A DNA stretch of 32,000 nucleotides, from assembly GCF_001644705.1 (NCBI RefSeq), contig NZ_CP015137.1:1740001-1772000 (forward strand), given 5' to 3'. Positions 27,052 through 32,000 of this stretch are shown here, piece by piece. The notes beneath the pieces were generated by a model that worked only from the letters and a program-made list of their open reading frames with translations, did not search any database and had not been told where the DNA came from. Position 1 is the first letter of the stretch, and every line of letters starts with the position of its first letter. The DNA is from Dickeya solani IPO 2222 (GTDB taxonomy: Bacteria > Pseudomonadota > Gammaproteobacteria > Enterobacterales > Enterobacteriaceae). The translations under genes and the position numbers were made by a program.

Positions 27052-27110
27052 GTTAAAGTCTGAAACCAGTACGAAGCATTTAATTTACAGTTTGGGATAG
27101 AGATCAAATT

Positions 27111-27629
27111 ATGTCAGGACAAAGTATTATTCTGATGGGGGTTTCCGGTAGTGGGAAATCCAGCGTGGGCGCCCGGCTGGCACGGGAAATCAACGCCAAA
27201 TTCATCGACGGCGACGATCTGCATCCCAGAGCCAACATCCGGAAAATGGCCAGCGGTCAGCCGCTCAACGACGACGACCGCGCCCCCTGGCTGGAGCGCC
27301 TGAACGACGCCGCCTACAGCCTGCTGCATAAAAACGAAACCGGCATTATCGTCTGCTCCGCGCTGAAAAAGCGCTACCGTGACCGGCTGCGCGAAGGCAA
27401 CGACGGCATGGTGTTCCTGTATCTGAAAGGCAGCTTCGAGGTGATTCTGCAGCGCCATCAGGCGCGCGCCGGGCATTTTATGCCGACCGGACTGCTGCAA
27501 AGCCAGTTTGATGCGCTGGAAGAACCGGACGAGACGGAAACCGATGTCATCACCGTCGATATCAACGGCCAGATGGATCAGGTCGTGGAGCGGTGCGCGG
27601 CGGCGTTACGCGCGCACACCTCGCGCTGA
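27111..27629 (+). CDS. gntK: Gluconokinase
   Basis: The 172-aa product has the P-loop GVSGSGKS and the segments ...FIDGDDLHPRANIRKMASGQPLNDDDRAPWL... and ...CSALKKRYRD..., matching the E. coli GntK/IdnK family. Confidence 0.93.
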   Translation: MSGQSIILMGVSGSGKSSVGARLAREINAKFIDGDDLHPRANIRKMASGQPLNDDDRAPWLERLNDAAYSLLHKNETGIIVCSALKKRYRDRLREGNDGMVFLYLKGSFEVILQRHQARAGHFMPTGLLQSQFDALEEPDETETDVITVDINGQMDQVVERCAAALRAHTSR

Positions 27630-27639
27630 AAGCGCCGGC

Positions 27640-28638
27640 CTAGACGCTCTCTCCCACCTGCAGGGTAAAGCCGACGTCCACGCTGGCCGTCGGCAACGTT
27701 TCCCCATGCAGACGCGCCAGCAGTTGCGCGGCGCCGACCTCGCCAATGCGCTTACGCGGCGTCAGTACGCTGGTCAGCCGCGGCACCGTGGTCTGCCCGA
27801 TATCATGGCCGTGGAAACCGGCGATGCCCATCTGTTCGGGAACGCGCACCCCTTGCCGCTGGCACTCGAACATGGCGCCGATAGCCAGGTCATCGTTGGT
27901 GCAGAACAGGCTGTCCACCTGCGGGTATTCCGCCTGCGCCCGGCGCAACAGTTCGCCACCCAGCGTATAGGACGACGGGCTTTCGCTCATCACGCTGTAG
28001 CTGGCAAGACCGGCTTCGGCCATCGCCTGCGCGTAACCTTGCTGTTTCATCAGCGTTCGTTCGTCCTGACGCGCGCCGAGGTACACCACATGGCGGCGGC
28101 CGCGCGCGATCATGTAGCGCGTCATCTGGCGCGCGGCGTCCACGTTATCGAATCCCACCGCCATATCGAGACAGGGCGACACCGAATCCATCAATTCCAC
28201 CACCGGGATCCCGGCCACCGCGATCATCTGGCGGGTACGGGCGGTGTGATTGCGCTCGGCGAGGATCAGCCCGTCAATGTTGTAGGCCAGCAGCGACATC
28301 AAACGTCGCTCTTCCATTTCCGGCTGATAACCGTAATGCGCCAGCATGGTTTGATATCCCTGCGCTTCCGCCACTTTTTCGATGCCGCGCAACACCTCGG
28401 CAAACACCTGGTTGGTGAGCGACGGCAACAACACGCCGATAGCCCGGCTGGTGGAGTTGGCGAGAATGTGCGGCGTTCGGTTGGGAATGTACCCTAATTC
28501 ATCCAGTACAGCGGCGATTTTTCCCCTCAGCGCTGCGGACACCTGCTCGGGGTTGCGCAAATAGCGGCTGACCGTCATTTTGGTCACCCCGACCCGGTCG
28601 GCGACATCCTGAAGTCCCGGCCTTTTTTTCTTGATCAT
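27640..28638 (-). CDS. gntR: LacI-family gluconate repressor GntR
   Basis: The 332-aa product begins MIKKKRPGLQDVADRVGVTKMTVSRYLRNPEQVSAALRGKIAAVLDELGYIPNR, nearly identical to the E. coli GntR N-terminus. Confidence 0.93.
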   Translation of the reverse strand: MIKKKRPGLQDVADRVGVTKMTVSRYLRNPEQVSAALRGKIAAVLDELGYIPNRTPHILANSTSRAIGVLLPSLTNQVFAEVLRGIEKVAEAQGYQTMLAHYGYQPEMEERRLMSLLAYNIDGLILAERNHTARTRQMIAVAGIPVVELMDSVSPCLDMAVGFDNVDAARQMTRYMIARGRRHVVYLGARQDERTLMKQQGYAQAMAEAGLASYSVMSESPSSYTLGGELLRRAQAEYPQVDSLFCTNDDLAIGAMFECQRQGVRVPEQMGIAGFHGHDIGQTTVPRLTSVLTPRKRIGEVGAAQLLARLHGETLPTASVDVGFTLQVGESV

Positions 28639-28816
28639 CCGTTGACATCCCCGTGGCTGAAAACGCCGATTGTACTAAAGAAATGGTTAGCAGAATATGT
28701 ACTTGAACACAGGTTATAAAATCGGGCAGGTACAACCGCGAAATAATACATGTTAATATTATTTTGATTTTTATTGTTTGTTGGTTATTAGTTATAAATA
28801 ACAACGAATGGGGATA

Positions 28817-28939
28817 TATACCCTAAATAATTCAAGTTGCAGGGCAACACGCTCGCGTGTTGAACAACACCACGCATGGCCCAGGGATGAGCCGAGTAAT
28901 AAAGCCCACGCACCTGCAACGTGAAGTATGACGGCTATA
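28817..28939. repeat. ERIC-related element, short variant (123 bp)
   Basis: It shares both termini with the 22038-22265 copy (tataccctaaataattcaagttgcagg ... cctgcaacgtgaagtatgacggctata) and also the segment ..atgagccgagtaataaagcc... It lacks the canonical ERIC core (GTGAA..TTACAT..AGTAAGTGA..GGGGTGAG). Confidence 0.7.
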
Positions 28940-29292
28940 TCGCCAATAAGTTTGATTTTTATATTAATAAGAAAATGGGTAATGAATAATTTTTATTATA
29001 AGTAGCTTCACATATTGATGTTACATTCTTATTCATGCCGCAAAGCAAGCTGGTGGAAATAGAAGCAACAGTATTTTTATATCGGCCATTTGATTACATC
29101 GACTGCGATTATCATCACGGATATCGCCAGAATAACGATGATGGCCTCGACCTGGAACCGTTTTAAAACCATCGCCTCGCTCAGTTATGTGTTCATGGCT
29201 AAACCCGCCATGTCAGTCCTGTCGCATTTGGGCACATTTGCAGGCAAACGTTGTTGCACAGCACAAAATCATGACATTCAGGAGCAAATAGT

Positions 29293-30099
29293 ATGACTAC
29301 TATTCCGACATTTGGATCATATACGGTGGCAGATCCAAACTCAGGACAGAGCTGGCGAGTAACGCACAGCACGACTGAACAACCAGTCAATAATAGCGAG
29401 GCTGTCGCGGGCGAAGTAAAAATTGAACCTCAGGCTGTAGATATCAGCACAGAAGCCCTCAACAGATATCAGGCATATATTGAAGCGCGAAAATCGGGTG
29501 ACACTACCTCTAATCAGTTGACGGTCTCGGAAGGAACCGCGATTGACGTTCCCGATGCGCTCAGCGAAGAAGAGCTTGCCAAGTTGATGAAGCCGACTGA
29601 TACCTGGACCGAGCGGATGAAAATAGTGGACCAGGAAACACTCAACCTGCGTTCGGTGTCTTCTCAAATTGAGTCGACTTATATGTCTTTCCTGGAACAG
29701 CTTGGCAAAGATAATCCGGATTTAAAGGGAGCGACTTTCGGTTTCAGCGTGAGTAAGTACAACAGGATCGTGGTGACCGGAGCACAAGGGCTGAACCAGG
29801 AGCAGATTCAGCGGCTGGAACGGGCGCTTAATTCATCCCGCGAGCTGGTGGATCAGGCGAATAAACTGGCCGATACCCAAATCGCGCTCTTCGAGGCTGA
29901 AAGTCCTAACGCCGTGATCGCCTTTAACCGGGACAACTATGCCCAAACCATCGATATCGGCGCAGAACTCCTGACAAGAAATCGCGCTCGTTACGCCGCT
30001 CGGGACGGCTCAGCGAATGATGTCCATCAGAAGAACTGGGACAACAACTGGCGGCAGCAGTTGGCGCGTAAAGGCGTCCGAATTAGCAATGAGGGGTAG
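29293..30099 (+). CDS. Hypothetical hydrophilic protein (268 aa) with no recognised family
   Basis: A strong AGGAG lies 8 nt upstream of ATG 29293. The long open frame has no Cys, no signal peptide and no TM segment. The N-terminus is Ser/Thr/Pro-rich, the middle looks helical, and the C-terminus reads ...NWDNNWRQQLARKGVRISNEG. Confidence 0.7.
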   Translation: MTTIPTFGSYTVADPNSGQSWRVTHSTTEQPVNNSEAVAGEVKIEPQAVDISTEALNRYQAYIEARKSGDTTSNQLTVSEGTAIDVPDALSEEELAKLMKPTDTWTERMKIVDQETLNLRSVSSQIESTYMSFLEQLGKDNPDLKGATFGFSVSKYNRIVVTGAQGLNQEQIQRLERALNSSRELVDQANKLADTQIALFEAESPNAVIAFNRDNYAQTIDIGAELLTRNRARYAARDGSANDVHQKNWDNNWRQQLARKGVRISNEG

Positions 30100-30227
30100 A
30101 AGCATAAGCCTATCGGGAACGAAACCAGCCTCAACCGCTGGCATTTGGTAGCGGAATTATACCTCCGCTGCACGGCGGCGAACCAGGGCGATCCGGCACG
30201 GAATCGCCCCTCTAAACACAGCCGCCG

Positions 30228-30926
30228 TCACTTGACCGGCGGTAAATCAAACAGCAGGATTTCGCTGTCTTCGCTGGCGCGCACGGTGATGGAATCCTCA
30301 TCCCAAATAGCCAGTGCATCGCTGCCGGTAGCCTGCTGACCGTTGATCTCAATCGTACCGCTTACCACCTGGATCCACAGGCGGCGGCCCTGCTGGGTCT
30401 GGTAGGCCGACTCTTCCTGCGATTTCAGCGCCCAGCGCCACAGCGTCATGTCCTGGAACACCTTCAGCGACCCGTCGCGGGCATCCGGCGACAACACCAG
30501 TTGACGGCCCTGTGGCGCATCAAAACGGCGCTGCTCGTAACGCGGCGTCAGGCCGGTTTTTTCCGGGATCACCCAGATCTGGTACAGGTGCAGCAATTTG
30601 TCCTGACTGGCGTTGTACTCCGAGTGACGGATCCCGGTGCCGGCGCTCATGATCTGAAACTCGCCCGCCTGGATCTGCTCTTTGTTGCCCATGCTGTCCT
30701 GATGTTCCACCGTGCCTTGCAGCACATAGGTGAGGATTTCCATATCCCGGTGCGGGTGGGTTCCAAAACCCTGGCCACCCTCGATACGGTCTTCATTGAT
30801 CACCCGCAGCGCGGAGAAGCCCATGAAATCAGGGTCGTAGTAATCGGCGAATGAAAAAGTATGCCAGCTGTCGAGCCAGCCGTGATTGGCATGGCCGCGA
30901 TCTTGTGCTTTACGTAAATAGATCAT
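30228..30926 (-). CDS. yhhW: Pirin-family bicupin (quercetin 2,3-dioxygenase-like) YhhW
   Basis: Track ORF 30228..30941. The start is placed at ATG 30926 (MIYLRKAQDRGHANHGWLDSWHTFSFADYYDP...), with GGAGGA 7 nt upstream. The product is 232 aa, collinear with E. coli YhhW. The metal-binding segment HPHRDMEILTYVLQG..H is present. Confidence 0.92.
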   Translation of the reverse strand: MIYLRKAQDRGHANHGWLDSWHTFSFADYYDPDFMGFSALRVINEDRIEGGQGFGTHPHRDMEILTYVLQGTVEHQDSMGNKEQIQAGEFQIMSAGTGIRHSEYNASQDKLLHLYQIWVIPEKTGLTPRYEQRRFDAPQGRQLVLSPDARDGSLKVFQDMTLWRWALKSQEESAYQTQQGRRLWIQVVSGTIEINGQQATGSDALAIWDEDSITVRASEDSEILLFDLPPVK

Positions 30927-31003
30927 CTTGTGTTCCTCCAACGTTTTTTTCAGTCTAGCGGCCGCCGGAGAATAAGAAAGCCGAAAAAACTCACCGCTCT
31001 ATT

Positions 31004-31113
31004 CAAAAAATTTCCGGGAGAAATTTTTGATGTCGCACCGCGACGGCCCACAGGGTGGCGGCCAGGGATGGCACGCCACAAAAAATTTCCGGGAGAAATT
31101 TTTGACGTCGCAC
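31004..31113. repeat. Two copies of a 35-bp direct repeat (31004-31038 and 31079-31113, 34/35 identical, 75-bp period), each containing a 9-bp-arm palindrome
   Basis: The unit is caaaaaatttccgggagaaatttttgaYgtcgcac. Its internal palindrome is AAAAATTTC-cggga-GAAATTTTT. The repeats lie in the yhhW upstream region, just downstream of the RyhB terminator. Confidence 0.85.
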
Positions 31114-31161
31114 AGTGGCGAATAAAGCCAATAGGAAACTGGATTCCTAAAAATTCAGGAT

Positions 31162-31282
31162 AAAAAAAAGCCAGCACCCGAGCTGGCTAAGTAATACTGG
31201 AAGCAATGTGAGCAATGTCGTGCCTTCACAGCAAAACCGCGATGAGTCACAAGGATGGATTCATTTGGCTTTCCCGGAACGC
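31162..31282 (-). ncRNA. ryhB: RyhB, the Fur-repressed iron-sparing sRNA
   Basis: The minus strand reads ...AAGGCACGACATTGCTCACATTGCTTCCAGTATTACTTAGCCAGCTCGGGTGCTGGCTTTTTTTT. This matches the E. coli RyhB core and terminator (AAGCACGACATTGCTCACATTGCTTCCAGTATTACTTAGCCAGCCGGGTGCTGGCTTTTTTTT). The 5' end at 31282 (GCGTTCCGGGAAAGCC against E. coli GCGATCAGGAAGACC) is inferred from promoter spacing. The 3' end is firm. Confidence 0.9.
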
Positions 31283-31287
31283 ATGGC

Positions 31288-31318
31288 AATAATAATCATT
31301 ATCATTTGCATCTGTAAA
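31288..31318 (-). promoter_or_regulatory. ryhB promoter with an overlapping Fur box
   Basis: The minus strand reads TTTACA (31318-31313), an 18-nt spacer, then TATTAT (31294-31289). The Fur box AATGATAATGATTATTATT (31306-31288) closely matches GATAATGATAATCATTATC. Confidence 0.8.
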
Positions 31319-31460
31319 GCGTTTTTTTGCTCAATACAAAGAAAAGTCACGCCTGAGATCGCCGGCCTGCCTGATGTTCCGACGATATTGCCGTTGCCAT
31401 GAAGGATTATTTTTTCAGAATCAAATGGTTAACTTTTAACCATGCACAACGAGTGGGAAT

Positions 31461-31500
31461 AAAAAATAAACGCCCTCTCCTCGTTAACATTGAGAGGGCG
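31461..31500 (-). terminator. Rho-independent terminator of glpC
   Basis: On the minus strand the sequence reads cgccctctc-(12-nt loop)-gagagggcg followed by TTTATTTTTT. Confidence 0.7.
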
Positions 31501-31518
31501 GCAATACACTCAAGCTAG

Positions 31519-32000
31519 TTACGCCGGTAGCGCTTTGGCCAGTAAGCTGAAGGGATGTTCGCAGGGTTTACCGGTCGACATTTCAATCTGCCATTTGCAG
31601 GTTTCGCAATCGGTGATCACCAGATCGGCGCCGCTTGCGTCAATCTGCCGGAACAAAGGCGCGCCAATCCCTTGCGCAGTATCGTAGTTTTCCTTCTTGA
31701 AACCATAGGTCCCGGCGATGCCGCAACACTGGGAATCCAACACCTGCAACTCCAGCCCCGGGATCCGCCGCAGCAGTTCCAGCGTATACGCAGTCCACCC
31801 CATGCGTTCCAGATGGCAGGGGGTGTGATACACCACCCGCAGCGGCAAAGGTTGCAACGACAGCGTCCGGCCCTGCTCCAGCAAACGATAAAGGTGACGA
31901 GTCGCCAGTTCAATGCCATCGCGCACATGGTGGTTGTCCACCCCCAGCAGATGCGGATATTCATCGCGCAGCGTGAAAGTGCAACTGGACGAAGTAGCAA
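31519..32000 (-). CDS. glpC: Anaerobic glycerol-3-phosphate dehydrogenase subunit C (GlpC), C-terminal part; the N-terminus lies beyond the right edge
   Basis: Track ORF 31519..31941. The frame stays open to the window edge (..ATSSSCTFTLRDEYPHLLGVDNHHV..). The motifs HTPCHLERMGW, DSQCCGIAGTYGFKKENY and DCETCKWQIEMSTGKPCEHP match E. coli GlpC. Confidence 0.9.
   Translation of the reverse strand, partial: ATSSSCTFTLRDEYPHLLGVDNHHVRDGIELATRHLYRLLEQGRTLSLQPLPLRVVYHTPCHLERMGWTAYTLELLRRIPGLELQVLDSQCCGIAGTYGFKKENYDTAQGIGAPLFRQIDASGADLVITDCETCKWQIEMSTGKPCEHPFSLLAKALPA

Noticed and set aside
25523-27100. Plus-strand ORFs 25523..26128, 25572..26288, 26360..27100 and 26604..26969
   Set aside because: All are antisense to the GntP-family transporter gene or run through the gnt control region. 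Their compositions are low-complexity and R/Q/H/P-rich.
27508-28497. 329-aa plus-strand ORF
   Set aside because: It overlaps the gntK 3' end out of frame and is otherwise antisense to gntR, whose LacI-type HTH N-terminus is unmistakable.
29154-29184. Possible HrpL (hrp-box) promoter upstream of the orphan 268-aa gene, with an exact GGAACC at 29154-29159
   Set aside because: The second half-site does not fit. At N15 the sequence is CCTCGCT, against the consensus CCACNNA, matching only 3 of 5 specified positions. The better-looking CGCTCAGT occurs at a spacing of about 17-18 nt rather than 15-16. A lone GGAACC hexamer is expected by chance, so I do not claim T3SS regulation.
29090-29296. 68-aa ORF (TTG start) whose stop overlaps the ATG of the 268-aa orphan gene (ATGA)
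   Set aside because: It has no convincing RBS for the TTG or the internal ATGs, an odd composition and no recognisable family. The overlap could be fortuitous in an AT-rich leader. It is not reported as a feature, but Ribo-seq could rescue it.
31004-31113. The two 35-bp direct repeats considered as a mini CRISPR array
   Set aside because: There are only two copies and no cas genes. The repeat is A/T-palindromic and unlike CRISPR repeats, and the 40-bp spacer is a single GC-rich stretch. It is reported as an unexplained repeat instead.
30930-31402. ORFs 30930..31163 (+), 30950..31177 (-) and 31208..31402 (+)
   Set aside because: The first two are mirror-image products of the tandem repeat region. 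The third runs antisense across RyhB and through the Fur box and promoter. None has an RBS.

Overview
This window is chromosomal DNA of Enterobacterales type; I cannot name the species from sequence alone. The conserved backbone matches the gene order known from E. coli K-12: glpR-glpG, glpE/glpD, glgP-glgA-glgC-glgX-glgB, asd, yhgN, a gluconate (gnt) locus, yhhW (pirin) and the Fur-controlled sRNA RyhB. The 3' end of glpC lies at the right edge. Relative to that reference order, three blocks of accessory material interrupt the backbone. (i) About 6.7 kb (1576-8261) separates glpE from glpG-glpR. It carries a four-gene sugar-acid-like catabolic operon: a DeoR-HTH::ribokinase fusion, a DHDPS/NanA-family aldolase, a YhcH/NanQ-family protein and an ACS-type MFS transporter. 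It also carries an AT-rich patch with a degenerate EAL protein, an intact stand-alone EAL protein and a small orphan ORF. (ii) About 3.6 kb (19993-23579) between glgB and asd holds a BtsS/YehU-like LytS-family histidine kinase with no adjacent response regulator, an ERIC repeat, a cspA-type cold-shock gene with a cold-box 5' UTR, and a stand-alone nikR. (iii) About 1.6 kb (28639-30227) between gntR and yhhW holds a second ERIC variant and an orphan 268-aa hydrophilic protein. I saw no transposase, integrase, tRNA, rRNA, CRISPR array or recognisable defence genes. Many long ORFs in the supplied track are antisense shadows of GC-rich genes and are rejected. The best candidate for something undescribed is the 1853-5939 operon. 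It follows nan-like logic but has a ribokinase-type kinase fused to a DNA-binding domain and lacks an epimerase, so I hypothesise catabolism of a 3-deoxy-ulosonic acid. All homology statements rest on recalled family motifs and recalled E. coli sequences, because no search could be run.
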